A DNA stretch of 64,000 nt. Source: a virus. Location: IMG/VR virus record IMGVR_UViG_3300032163_000009, positions 1 to 64,000 of that record; one strand, given 5' to 3'. Below, piece by piece: positions 27,604 through 36,755 of this stretch (its first letter is position 1; every line of letters starts with the position of its first letter). A program made the translations under genes and the position numbers. The notes under the pieces were generated by a model, which was not told the origin of the DNA, searched no databases, and saw only the letters and a program-made list of their open reading frames with translations.

Positions 27604-28094
27604 TAGCTGCCCCCGATGGCAAGCAAGTCCGTCAGCCGATCGGCGGCTACTTTGAACAAGGTCAAAATGTTCGGGATGTTTTTTTCATAGGCGCGCTTTA
27701 GAAACCAGTGCCCCTTGATGCCTTTGCGCCCAATGCTGCGAGCCACTACAAAAGCCAGCCCCGGCCCTAACACGGCATCGCTCCACACGCGGATCGCTTC
27801 GATCGGTGGCATCCGTGCGCCAGGCCGCCGCCCGGCTTCCATGACCAGCGGATAAATAGGATTACTCATCGAGGAGTAGACCTCACCAGTGATATAAGTA
27901 ACTTCGTTCATTACTCTCGAAGTCATGCTGCCAGCGAGTTCGCCGGTGAATCTAGGGGCAAGTGTTTGGGCATCAGCCGCGATCGAGGCCACGCTGGAGC
28001 GCATGGCGCTGTCGAGCTGCGTGTCCGACAATCGATCGTAGTTGTCCAACCTCGAAAGTTGTTCCGGCAGTCCCAAGATTTCCACTTCGTACAT
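27603..28094 (-). CDS. HK97 gp10-like neck/tail completion protein
   Basis: APRFTGELAGS, YPLVMEAGRRPG, PP..I..W, G.KGHWFLKRA. Confidence 0.85.
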   Translation of the reverse strand: MYEVEILGLPEQLSRLDNYDRLSDTQLDSAMRSSVASIAADAQTLAPRFTGELAGSMTSRVMNEVTYITGEVYSSMSNPIYPLVMEAGRRPGARMPPIEAIRVWSDAVLGPGLAFVVARSIGRKGIKGHWFLKRAYEKNIPNILTLFKVAADRLTDLLAIGGS

Positions 28095-28095
28095 A

Positions 28096-29088
28096 TTAGA
28101 GGCTCACGATTCGATAGTTCTTCATAATTCTTTCAAGCGGGTCTTTCGGAAATTCCTGATTGTAAAAGACTTCGCCTGTTTCGGGATTGCCGGTTTTGCC
28201 TGCAAAGCCGGTCTGCGACTTTTTGATCATCAGGGCGGCAATTTGTTCGGTCAAGTATCGGATGTCGTAAGGCGGCAGCACTCGCAACACATCAGCCGTG
28301 TTGTGAGCAGCGGCGCTCGTTCCGTTCACTGCGCGAGTGACATTGAACAGGCGGTAGGCTTCGAGTGCGGTGTTGGCACTGTGCTCCTGCCGCTGCGTGC
28401 CATTCCAACCGCGCAGCGCTGAACAACTATTCCCGTTGAGACTTTGCACGCGCAGCTGCTCGTGTTCCAGCCGGATGATTTCATTTACCTGAATGAGCGA
28501 GCCGTCAGAGATATTGAAGTCATTTTGAGAATCCGAAATAGTCTCAGTCAAGCGCAGCGTGCCAACGGTCAGGGGGGCCGCATAGGCTTCGACAACTTCC
28601 TGCTCGTCATCCAGCAGCAAGACCACGCCCGGACTGATTTGCGCGGCAGTGCTGACTTCAACGGTCGAGACGGTTGCATTCTGCACTACCGTCGTGCCGA
28701 GATCGATCGCGTCATCGTAAAGCGACCAGCGACCCGTGATCACGACCGTCGCCCGATTGCTTGACCACGAACTCAAATCTCGGAGTTCAAGCGAATTGTA
28801 GGGGCCGAGTGTCCAGTGGCGATTGAACGGCATCAAGAAGTAATCATCAGTCGAGAGCGTCCGACCATCGACTTCAAGGCTGATCAACTCCACCAGACTA
28901 TCGATCCAAAGCGTGCGCTGCCCGTAGCCGTCAAACGTGCGCGACTCTGTTTCCGCAATAAAGCGGCCTCGCCGGTCGATGACTTGCGAGGCCGCGCGAA
29001 TGAAGCGCAAAGGCTTGTCTACAAAGCGCGTGCCGTCAATCTCCAAATCATCGAAGATGTCGAGCAGTGAGCAGTAAGGTCGATTCAC
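28096..29088 (-). CDS. head-tail adaptor with inserted duplicated beta domains
   Basis: YCSL, IRAASQVID and ESRTFDG; two RG.NGT...H repeats. Confidence 0.75.
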   Translation of the reverse strand: MNRPYCSLLDIFDDLEIDGTRFVDKPLRFIRAASQVIDRRGRFIAETESRTFDGYGQRTLWIDSLVELISLEVDGRTLSTDDYFLMPFNRHWTLGPYNSLELRDLSSWSSNRATVVITGRWSLYDDAIDLGTTVVQNATVSTVEVSTAAQISPGVVLLLDDEQEVVEAYAAPLTVGTLRLTETISDSQNDFNISDGSLIQVNEIIRLEHEQLRVQSLNGNSCSALRGWNGTQRQEHSANTALEAYRLFNVTRAVNGTSAAAHNTADVLRVLPPYDIRYLTEQIAALMIKKSQTGFAGKTGNPETGEVFYNQEFPKDPLERIMKNYRIVSL

Positions 29089-29090
29089 GC

Positions 29091-29531
29091 TCAGGCGTCC
29101 TTCAATTCTTCGTCTTCGGCTGCATCTTTAGCCGCTTGGCGATCGGCCTTATCTTGCGCCTTCTTTTCCTTCGTGGTCAAGATGGCGGTCGTCAACGGCG
29201 CAGCGTCGAATGCAGCGGTGAGGGGCTGATGAGTCAACACTCGCTCGTTCGCGGCCAGCGCCTCGGCTTCCGCTGCGGCTTTATCCAACCGCGCCTGCTT
29301 CGCTTCGGCAACGGCTTGCGCGTCAAGCTCGGCCTTGTCTTTCGCAGCCTGCGCGTCGATCGCCTGCTTGGCTAACGCAACTTTATCCGACACCTTTACC
29401 TCATCGAAGGTGTCGGGCGCGTCGGTCTGCAAGAAAGCCGCGATGGAATCTTCGACTTCAATCACTCCGGCTTCAAAGTGCAGGTTGCGAGGCGGGTTGT
29501 CGTACTGGCTCAGACAAATCAATTTCTTCAT
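29091..29531 (-). CDS. small head-associated hypothetical protein
   Basis: AGGAG RBS, position. Confidence 0.65.
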   Translation of the reverse strand: MKKLICLSQYDNPPRNLHFEAGVIEVEDSIAAFLQTDAPDTFDEVKVSDKVALAKQAIDAQAAKDKAELDAQAVAEAKQARLDKAAAEAEALAANERVLTHQPLTAAFDAAPLTTAILTTKEKKAQDKADRQAAKDAAEDEELKDA

Positions 29532-30315
29532 GGGAATCTCCTGTAGTGTCGTGATCTAAGGGTTTACCGGCCAGATCGTGGGACCACTCGCCCCACGCGC
29601 CGGTGTTTGGAAAATTCGCGCGCCCAACATGGGCGGCCATTACCTTTTGAGTCGCACAGACTCGCGCACCGGCTGCCGCTGCCAGTCGTGAGAAGTGCCA
29701 GTCTTCCGGCTCGACGTCCGCGTACCACAGGCCGTCGTCTCGTTTGAAAATCGCGTCGTTTATTTCAAACCAGCAGCGCTCAATCCACGGCTTGCGAACA
29801 TCAATGAGCAGCAAGCCCGTATTCACTAGCAGCGTGGGCGACGTGGATTGATCTTCGAACACGCGCTGAAGGTCGAGGGCATCAAACGTCGGTGGCAGGC
29901 TGGCGGCTTCTTTGAGAGTCAAGCGCTGTCGCCGGAACTCACGGCGACCAACGGGATCGGCTTCCCCCGTTACATCCGGCAGCAAGGCGGTTGAAGTCAA
30001 GCCCTTGCCGTCTTTGATTGCCAGCACTGTGCCCAACACATCGGCCTGACTGCGTACCATCTCCTCCCACAAAACCGCTAAGAAGCCCGGCTGTGGAATC
30101 ACGTCGGCATGCCAAATGAGCAGGTGCGTGATCTCCGGCCGATTGTTCAGCGCGATACAGAGCAAGGCATTGTGGGCATAGGCCAACAGTGAAGCCGTCT
30201 TGAAGGCGACGGTGTAAGGCGGGCAGTGGGGTTGTCGGCTTTCACTGAGCAACAAGCCGCACGCCGCCGCCTTCACCGTGTCATCGTAAGTCGGGACGCC
30301 GATTAAGATGGTCAT
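29473..30315 (-). CDS. GT-A fold glycosyltransferase within the head genes
   Basis: ILIGVPTY, THLLIWHADV, NTGLLLID, EDWHFSR and H.G motifs. Confidence 0.8.
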   Translation of the reverse strand: MTILIGVPTYDDTVKAAACGLLLSESRQPHCPPYTVAFKTASLLAYAHNALLCIALNNRPEITHLLIWHADVIPQPGFLAVLWEEMVRSQADVLGTVLAIKDGKGLTSTALLPDVTGEADPVGRREFRRQRLTLKEAASLPPTFDALDLQRVFEDQSTSPTLLVNTGLLLIDVRKPWIERCWFEINDAIFKRDDGLWYADVEPEDWHFSRLAAAAGARVCATQKVMAAHVGRANFPNTGAWGEWSHDLAGKPLDHDTTGDSHEEIDLSEPVRQPASQPAL

Positions 30316-30725
30316 GCTGGCAGCAAAATTCCAACCAGAATCACGTCCATGTCGATCGTGTTGGCGGCAAAGTTCGCATCAGCTACGATGTCCACGCCCA
30401 CGATCTTGCCCGCCGCGATTGAGCCGACATTCGGGCGTTGCGTGGTGCTCCCGACTTGCGTGCCAGCGGCAATCGCTACGGTTGGGCCAACGGTCACGGC
30501 CACGGCATTGGCCGTTACCTTGAACGTCGCATTGCCCGCGCCGGGATTGGCGTTCGCTTCGCCGTGGAGCAGCATCGGGTGAAAATTATAGCCGGATGGC
30601 ACCTTTAAGCCTGCGCCACCGTTGGGCATGATCAAGTGAGTGTCTGCATTGGCCGCCACATTTTGAGCGCCGAAATGCAAAGTGATCGGCAACCCGAAAT
30701 CGTAAGTCAAATCATCTGCTGACAT
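30312..30725 (-). CDS. capsid decoration/cement-like protein
   Basis: Directly after the capsid gene; small, A/G/V-rich. Confidence 0.55.
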   Translation of the reverse strand: MSADDLTYDFGLPITLHFGAQNVAANADTHLIMPNGGAGLKVPSGYNFHPMLLHGEANANPGAGNATFKVTANAVAVTVGPTVAIAAGTQVGSTTQRPNVGSIAAGKIVGVDIVADANFAANTIDMDVILVGILLPA

Positions 30726-30786
30726 GATAGTTCTCCTATAGGTGTGTGAGTGTTCGACAGTGCTGACTCAAGCGTTCAAAATTCTC

Positions 30787-32151
30787 TTAGGAGCGCTTGA
30801 TATAATGGATGCCGCTGGTGTGAGTGGCGGTGCTGCGCACGCCACGGCAAGCTACGGCAATGCGGAACGAAGCCACCATCACGAACTGACGCTTCTGAAT
30901 CAAGCGATCCATTTCGATGAGCAACTGGCGGCGGAAGCCGACGCGCCAATCGTTGCGATGATAGATGGCGATCGTGCCATACACATCATTGGTCGCAGGT
31001 GACGTGGTGGTGTATTTGCCGTCCGTGTCCGTTTCGGCCATCGCGCCGGTCACAATCAACGGGATGTTGGCATACTTCGCCAGCTCGCCGCTGAGGATCG
31101 TGGCGTTGGGACCGAACTTGTCCATGGTGGCGACATTGGGCAGCCCCAACATGCCGATATAGGTTTTGGCATCCATTGCCATTGCCAGTTGTCCGACGTT
31201 CGCGCCGTAGCGCCCCATGCGCCCTAAACCCGCCAGCGTCAAGCTGTCGGTCAAGGTGGTGTTCAACGCCACGCCTTGCGCGGTGTTGTCCACGAGGAAC
31301 AAGTGACGGATGCCGTCCTGCCCGTTGGACAGATAGTAGGAATCGTCGGGCGGATTCGCGTCGTCACTGTTGATGTTGCCGGTGTTGGCGTCCGTCGAAT
31401 CGGCGTTCAAGATGAAGCGATCGATCTGTTCCGCGCCGTCTGCCACCAGTGAGGCGCGCAGTGACGGCAGGACAGCGATGATCGAATCTTCATCGAGATC
31501 GTAACTCCAATCGACTTCGTACACCTGCTCAGTGCTGGTCAGCGTCGCCTTGGCGGTCGTCGCATTCTGCGGTGTGATCGCCGTGTTCTGCGTGCCTTTG
31601 CGCCACGCGCCAGTGACCCAGCCTAACGGGATGTCGAACGGGTCGGTCGGCATGGGAATGACAGAGATCGTGCTGGCAACCTTCGCGGCCAAGAACATAT
31701 CCTGCCACAGTTCAGCCGCCATGCCCGTTGGCACAAACTCATCGCCGCTGCCAGGCGTAACGGTGTCCAGCGCCTTGTCCACAACGGCCTTTAAGTCTTT
31801 TGACGGCGGCTTCACGCTGTCGCGTCGAACTTGACCGGCGCGTTCCAACAGCCAGTGCGTGAAGATCAAGTCATCGACCTTCTGGCCGTCGAACTTGCCG
31901 CCTTGCACCAACCCCTTGCTGCGGGCTTGTGCGCCGGGCAGCCCGACTAGCTCGCCGCGCCGAATCGGGCGGTTGGCTTGCTGCTCGCTCAGTCGTTTTT
32001 GAACTTGGGCATCGACTAAGCCGGTTAAATGATCGGCCAGTCGATCGATGTCCAAGGTAGCCTTGTCGGTTTGATGATCTTTCACCGTCGCCGTTAAGGC
32101 GGCTACTTCCGTTTTGATTTCTTCCAACGTGGTGGGATTTTGAGCACTCAT
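30787..32151 (-). CDS. major capsid protein (HK97 fold)
   Basis: KALDT..G.G.EFVPT, LDEDSII and EQIDRFILNAD; N-terminal delta-like domain. Confidence 0.92.
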   Translation of the reverse strand: MSAQNPTTLEEIKTEVAALTATVKDHQTDKATLDIDRLADHLTGLVDAQVQKRLSEQQANRPIRRGELVGLPGAQARSKGLVQGGKFDGQKVDDLIFTHWLLERAGQVRRDSVKPPSKDLKAVVDKALDTVTPGSGDEFVPTGMAAELWQDMFLAAKVASTISVIPMPTDPFDIPLGWVTGAWRKGTQNTAITPQNATTAKATLTSTEQVYEVDWSYDLDEDSIIAVLPSLRASLVADGAEQIDRFILNADSTDANTGNINSDDANPPDDSYYLSNGQDGIRHLFLVDNTAQGVALNTTLTDSLTLAGLGRMGRYGANVGQLAMAMDAKTYIGMLGLPNVATMDKFGPNATILSGELAKYANIPLIVTGAMAETDTDGKYTTTSPATNDVYGTIAIYHRNDWRVGFRRQLLIEMDRLIQKRQFVMVASFRIAVACRGVRSTATHTSGIHYIKRS

Positions 32152-33641
32152 TTTGCGTATGCCTCCATGACAATTTGCCTAAGTTCGATAAGTAAAGCGC
32201 TCAGCTCTTTAACATCTGGCTGCTCGCCTTCGTTCACAGGTTTTGAGAAAAGCGTCTCCGCTGCGGGTGACAGCGCGACCGTCAATGGCTCACCCGCTTC
32301 ATGCGTCAACACGGTAGACACCGCATCGGTTACGGTTTCGGCCTCGACTTGCTTGAGAACTTCACCGACTTTATCAGCAGCGCTCTGCGCGTCCTGCTGC
32401 GCTGACTTCAATTTGCTTTCGTTGGTGGCGCTGAGCACGCGCCCGCGTTTGGTCTGCAAGGTGTCCGGCGCAGCGGCCAGTTCGATCGGATCGCCTGCGC
32501 CTCGATCAACGGTTGCTTGGGGCGAGGCGTCGGCTGACAAGTGCGCAGCTTGACGGTGCTGCAAGGCTTTCAGCATCTTCACCGCACTGGCTAACGACTT
32601 GCGCGTAACGATGTCGATCGGCAGGCCGGTCGCATGGACTTGCCAGCCTTTGACGATCTCGACAGGCGGCAAGGTGGCAAGCACCTCGCTCAACTCGATC
32701 GACTTCCAATAGTCGGCAGCCAGCAAATCATTATCGGAACAATCGCGGCGCTCGATTGCATACACTGCATCGCCATCAGCCAAGAGCAGCGGCGGTGTGA
32801 ACATGACTGTTTTGAAAGTGACTGTTTGACCGGCTTCGGGGTGGGGGACTTCGCGGCATTCGCCTAAAGTGAAATCCATTTGCAACAGCGTTGCGTCAGC
32901 CGGTACGCTGATGGCGTTCTGCATGAAGCACGCAAACAATTCTTGGTGTTGATCGGTTTCAACCGTGAAGCGGCGCAGCCAAGCCCGCGCGATCGGCTCA
33001 GGCGCAGCCGGTTCGTCGGTTGGCGACACGCTGGCCGCGGGCATCTCGCTTGAACCTGTTTCGGAGGTAGCGAGCAAGGCGTCTTTGTTCGAGGCGACGA
33101 TCACGATCGGCAAGGCCGCCGGAGCGACTAAGCCGCCGAGCGCGTAGTGTGGAATCTCTAGGCTTTTAACGGCCAAGCGCAAGGCTTCCGCATTGGATGG
33201 AATCGGCACCAACGACCACTCCAGCAATTCCCATTCGGTGTAATCGTGTCCGCCAATATTGTTGGGCTTGCCTGCCAGCGGAATGAAACCGATCGAGGAA
33301 GTTTTGATCCATTCGCCGTCCCACAAAAGCCGGACGATGTTTTGAGGATCGGCTTCATTGGCGGCGGGTCGCAATTCAAAGTCAGCGACCAAGCCATCGG
33401 CGGCGCGAATGAGGGTCAATGTGCGGCCGATCGTGGCGAATGGGTCTTTGTAGTTGTGACCCCATTGCACGACCGGATTCTTGAGGTAATTGTCGAACCG
33501 CCCGCCCGCGGGAAAGACGTGATCGCTATCGCGGTCAGCCGCAGCGGTATTGATCACGATGCGTCCGCCGTCTTTGCGTTTGTCTAAAATCTTGATCTCG
33601 AACGTCTTGTGGGTCAGGGCAGGATCAAATTGGATCGGCAT
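32148..33641 (-). CDS. HK97-type prohead protease with long C-terminal extension
   Basis: DRDSD, NPVVQWGH, SSIGF and ELLEWSLVPIPSN; KRGRVLSATNE motif. Confidence 0.9.
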   Translation of the reverse strand: MPIQFDPALTHKTFEIKILDKRKDGGRIVINTAAADRDSDHVFPAGGRFDNYLKNPVVQWGHNYKDPFATIGRTLTLIRAADGLVADFELRPAANEADPQNIVRLLWDGEWIKTSSIGFIPLAGKPNNIGGHDYTEWELLEWSLVPIPSNAEALRLAVKSLEIPHYALGGLVAPAALPIVIVASNKDALLATSETGSSEMPAASVSPTDEPAAPEPIARAWLRRFTVETDQHQELFACFMQNAISVPADATLLQMDFTLGECREVPHPEAGQTVTFKTVMFTPPLLLADGDAVYAIERRDCSDNDLLAADYWKSIELSEVLATLPPVEIVKGWQVHATGLPIDIVTRKSLASAVKMLKALQHRQAAHLSADASPQATVDRGAGDPIELAAAPDTLQTKRGRVLSATNESKLKSAQQDAQSAADKVGEVLKQVEAETVTDAVSTVLTHEAGEPLTVALSPAAETLFSKPVNEGEQPDVKELSALLIELRQIVMEAYAK

Positions 33642-33656
33642 AATGGCCTCATCGGG

Positions 33657-33753
33657 CAAACAAAAAGCGCCCGCTCGACATGATCGAGGGGGCGCTGCGT
33701 AATATGTCAGCCTTAACATGGATTATTTTACATCGGTTGACGGTCGATTGTCA
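33657..33753 (-). promoter_or_regulatory. promoter + short leader + terminator upstream of the protease
   Basis: TTGACA-18-TAAAAT; AGCGCCC..GGGCGCT-TTTTGTTT hairpin. Confidence 0.7.
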
Positions 33754-34097
33754 ATAGGCAATTTCTTTTCCTTGTCGGGGGCCTTGTGCAGCTCAACGAA
33801 TTCAACCTCAATCGTCAAGCCAGCCGCCAAGGCAATAGTCGGGACGTGCGGCTCGTGACTGTCGTCCGCAGACTGTCCAGCCGCAACGATCGACCCGCCC
33901 ATCACTTCGCTCAAAAGGGTCAACAAGGCCTTGTGCGAGACGTGGGCCTTGTCGGTGGCTGACTCCGGCAACGGTCGGGCTTGCACCTTGAGCACCGGCG
34001 CTAGTTCGTCTTGATCTTCAACAACTTTTAAGGCATAGCCTGCCTCGTGGGCGGCCGATTTCAATTCAGTCCAGCGGGTAGCGAATGGATATTGCAT
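33723..34097 (-). CDS. hypothetical protein
   Basis: GAGGAG RBS. Confidence 0.65.
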   Translation of the reverse strand: MQYPFATRWTELKSAAHEAGYALKVVEDQDELAPVLKVQARPLPESATDKAHVSHKALLTLLSEVMGGSIVAAGQSADDSHEPHVPTIALAAGLTIEVEFVELHKAPDKEKKLPIDNRPSTDVK

Positions 34098-34321
34098 GAT
34101 GAACTCTCCTCGTCAAGTATTGGGTAACCACTTCAAGCGTACATCTTCACTGACCGTGAAGTTATTGCCGTTGAAATAAACGACGATCGCGCCAGGCTGC
34201 TGCCGTCGTTCCATCGAACGCATCAGCTCCACCACGCTCATTTCGTCTGTGCCTAAAGCCGAGGCCGTCGAACTGGCCGCGCTTTTACCGCGCCGTAGTG
34301 AGGGGCTGTCAGTTGATAGTG

Positions 34322-35686
34322 TCATGCGCTAATCGTTTCCAGCGTGCCGTGTCCGTTTTGCTTAGCTGGTGTCGCGGCCGGTGCAGCCACTGGTGCAGGA
34401 TTCGGATTGATTTGAGGCGCAGGCTTAGGCAAGGCCGCGACGGGCACTTCCGGCCCCGAGATTGGCATGAGGGTTTTACTCATCCAAGCCACGTCGCCCC
34501 ATGGCTTCGGCTTTTGTCCGCGAGCAGTCAGCCAATCGTTGACGGTCAAAACACCCCGATCAATCTTTTCCCGATCGCGCTTCCACTCGTCATTTTCTTC
34601 CTCGCCTAATTCAGTCACTCCGCTGTAATCGGTGTGCAGGAATTCGTCGTCGCGCATCGCATTGTTTCGCTGAAAGAACTCCGTCAGGTGGGTGTCACGA
34701 TAAGCGAGCAGCGGCTTGATGGTCAAGGTGTATAAGGCTTCCACGGCGGCCGACCGTTTCTCCGACGTGTCGTAACTGTCGTTGCCGAAGCCCATCAAAA
34801 TATCCGGCACGCCGAAGCCACCGGCCACTTCGTCGCGGCTCATTTGGCGCAGCGGAATGCCGCTCAAATCTTTAGGCTTCCACGAGAGAATCTTGATGTC
34901 GGTAATAGACTCCTCAAGGACAATCGGTTTGCCGACGTTGCGAGATCCGCCATATTTGAGTGTAATCTTTTTCTCGATGTCGTCGCGTTCGCGCTGCGTC
35001 GTGCCTTGCGGCGTCACGATCGCATACTCGGGGCGAGCGTTGTTTTGATAAAGATACTTCTCCCAAGATTGCGCAAACACGTCTACGGCGATTGCCAATT
35101 GCAGCGCTATCAAGACCGGCAAGCCGCGCCACGGGTTGCGCGGATTATAAAATTTGAAGTGAATAAACTCATCAGGTGGTAGAAAATAAGGCTCGCCTTG
35201 CTTGTCGTCAATCTCGTATTTTGCCACTTCAAGGTAGCGGCGGCGCGCAGGATTAGGATAGACGTTGAAGATGTTAGGTTGACGCGGCCAAATTTCAGTG
35301 TACTGGCCGCGCCCGCTGCGCACCAATTCAAAACCGACTTCACCGCCGAGCAGTTGATCGATCGTCCACTGCCGCCACAGATCGCCGGAGGACATGGCGT
35401 CGTTGACATCGGTTAGCAAGTTGACGACCTCATGCTGCTCTAACCGCTCTTTGCCGCGCGTGCAATACACCGGCAGCGAAGCCACTGCATCCGAAATAAC
35501 CTTGATTGCTTTTTGAACCCACACATAGGTTTCGTAGGTAACAATGGCGGAGAGATAAGTATACGGAGCAGCCGCTTGCATGTCGGAGCGAATGCTAAAC
35601 AAGTGCTCGCGCTCCGTCATCTCTGGATGTTGATCGATCAGCGCCTTGCCACTGACTCTCGATTGAATGCGATCTCGAAGATTCAT
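34322..35686 (-). CDS. portal protein (HK97 family)
   Basis: VASLP, IHFKFYNP..WRGLP, NNARP, FGVP and LTVNDW..RG..P..WGD. Confidence 0.95.
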   Translation of the reverse strand: MNLRDRIQSRVSGKALIDQHPEMTEREHLFSIRSDMQAAAPYTYLSAIVTYETYVWVQKAIKVISDAVASLPVYCTRGKERLEQHEVVNLLTDVNDAMSSGDLWRQWTIDQLLGGEVGFELVRSGRGQYTEIWPRQPNIFNVYPNPARRRYLEVAKYEIDDKQGEPYFLPPDEFIHFKFYNPRNPWRGLPVLIALQLAIAVDVFAQSWEKYLYQNNARPEYAIVTPQGTTQRERDDIEKKITLKYGGSRNVGKPIVLEESITDIKILSWKPKDLSGIPLRQMSRDEVAGGFGVPDILMGFGNDSYDTSEKRSAAVEALYTLTIKPLLAYRDTHLTEFFQRNNAMRDDEFLHTDYSGVTELGEEENDEWKRDREKIDRGVLTVNDWLTARGQKPKPWGDVAWMSKTLMPISGPEVPVAALPKPAPQINPNPAPVAAPAATPAKQNGHGTLETISA

Positions 35687-35693
35687 AATGACC

Positions 35694-35939
35694 TCAATTC
35701 AACCCGCTGCGCAGGTGTACTATCAAATAAAAGTTTTGGTGGCCGAGGCGTTGAACTCGCCGCCGCAAAGATTCATCAGCCTTGAAGCGCTCAGCAATCT
35801 CAGCCACCTGCTGCCCGAAAGCGAGTTGCAGCGCGAGGTCAAAGGTGTTGGAATTCTCCAGCATATACTTACCGAGACGATCGAGCGTTCGACGGATTTC
35901 TTCGGCTTCAAGTTGTAACTGATGATCACTTGTTGACAA
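35694..35939 (-). CDS. hypothetical protein
   Basis: AGGAG RBS. Confidence 0.5.
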   Translation of the reverse strand: MSTSDHQLQLEAEEIRRTLDRLGKYMLENSNTFDLALQLAFGQQVAEIAERFKADESLRRRVQRLGHQNFYLIVHLRSGLN

Positions 35940-36225
35940 GCTGATCTCCTGCTTTGAAACTTTCGATCAAGCCAACGACCAGCCGATGTAAAATGCCATA
36001 CACGATGCCCGCGCCGCCGCCGACGACAATTGAAAACAGATCGAGGCCTAAGATAAAGAGACTGCGGAGAGCAGCCAGCAACCACACCATGGCCCCAATC
36101 ACCCAATGCCATTCCTGCTGCGCGGCTGAGTTCAGCCGATCAAGTTCAACGCGCAGCCACTTGCGAGCGCTGCGCAAAATTAACTGAACGGCCGTCTGTA
36201 GTCGGAGGAAGGTGGAAGTCGGCAT
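35926..36225 (-). CDS. small 2-TM membrane protein
   Basis: Hydrophobic segments; upstream of the portal. Confidence 0.55.
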   Translation of the reverse strand: MPTSTFLRLQTAVQLILRSARKWLRVELDRLNSAAQQEWHWVIGAMVWLLAALRSLFILGLDLFSIVVGGGAGIVYGILHRLVVGLIESFKAGDQLVNK

Positions 36226-36229
36226 GGAA

Positions 36230-36349
36230 TATAAAAGGATACCGAAGCAGGCATCGGTATCCTTATCCTTGAAATGAAGCACAGCATTCGACGGTGGGTC
36301 TTGGCTGCGCCAACGGTTCTAATATACGCCGATTATTTGCGCGTGTCAA
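36230..36349 (-). promoter_or_regulatory. promoter + short leader + terminator upstream of the portal unit
   Basis: TTGACA-17-TATATT; AAGGATACCGA/TCGGTATCCTT-TT hairpin. Confidence 0.7.
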
Positions 36350-36674
36350 TAGGCAGCACTTCGATCGAATCAATTTGGCCTGTCAGCAAGTCTAGCAGCG
36401 CGTGCGGTTTGATCGCATGTGCTCGCGCCTTGTGCCGTAGTTGCTGATAAGTATTCAGGAAACGGGCATCGTCTTTCGTAACGAATAGACGCACTAAACT
36501 AGGGGCTGACTGCGGCACAGGCGCAAGACAATCCAGCAACACCGCAGAACAATTCCGGCAAAGGTCGTTGGCATCCGTCACCCATTCGGCGCCGACGTGT
36601 TCTAGTTCAAGCCACGGCAAGCCGCACAAGGATTCTTGATCGTTCAAAGAACGTCGCAAGTGGCGATCAGACAT
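36333..36674 (-). CDS. hypothetical protein with Cys motifs
   Basis: H..SLCG and CRNC. Confidence 0.55.
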   Translation of the reverse strand: MSDRHLRRSLNDQESLCGLPWLELEHVGAEWVTDANDLCRNCSAVLLDCLAPVPQSAPSLVRLFVTKDDARFLNTYQQLRHKARAHAIKPHALLDLLTGQIDSIEVLPIDTRK

Positions 36675-36755
36675 CTAAGTCTCCAGCCCGCTAATTTCAA
36701 AACGTCCGAGTTGTCTTGGCTCATCAGCTGTCCTTGTGGCGAGTATCTGCTTGCC

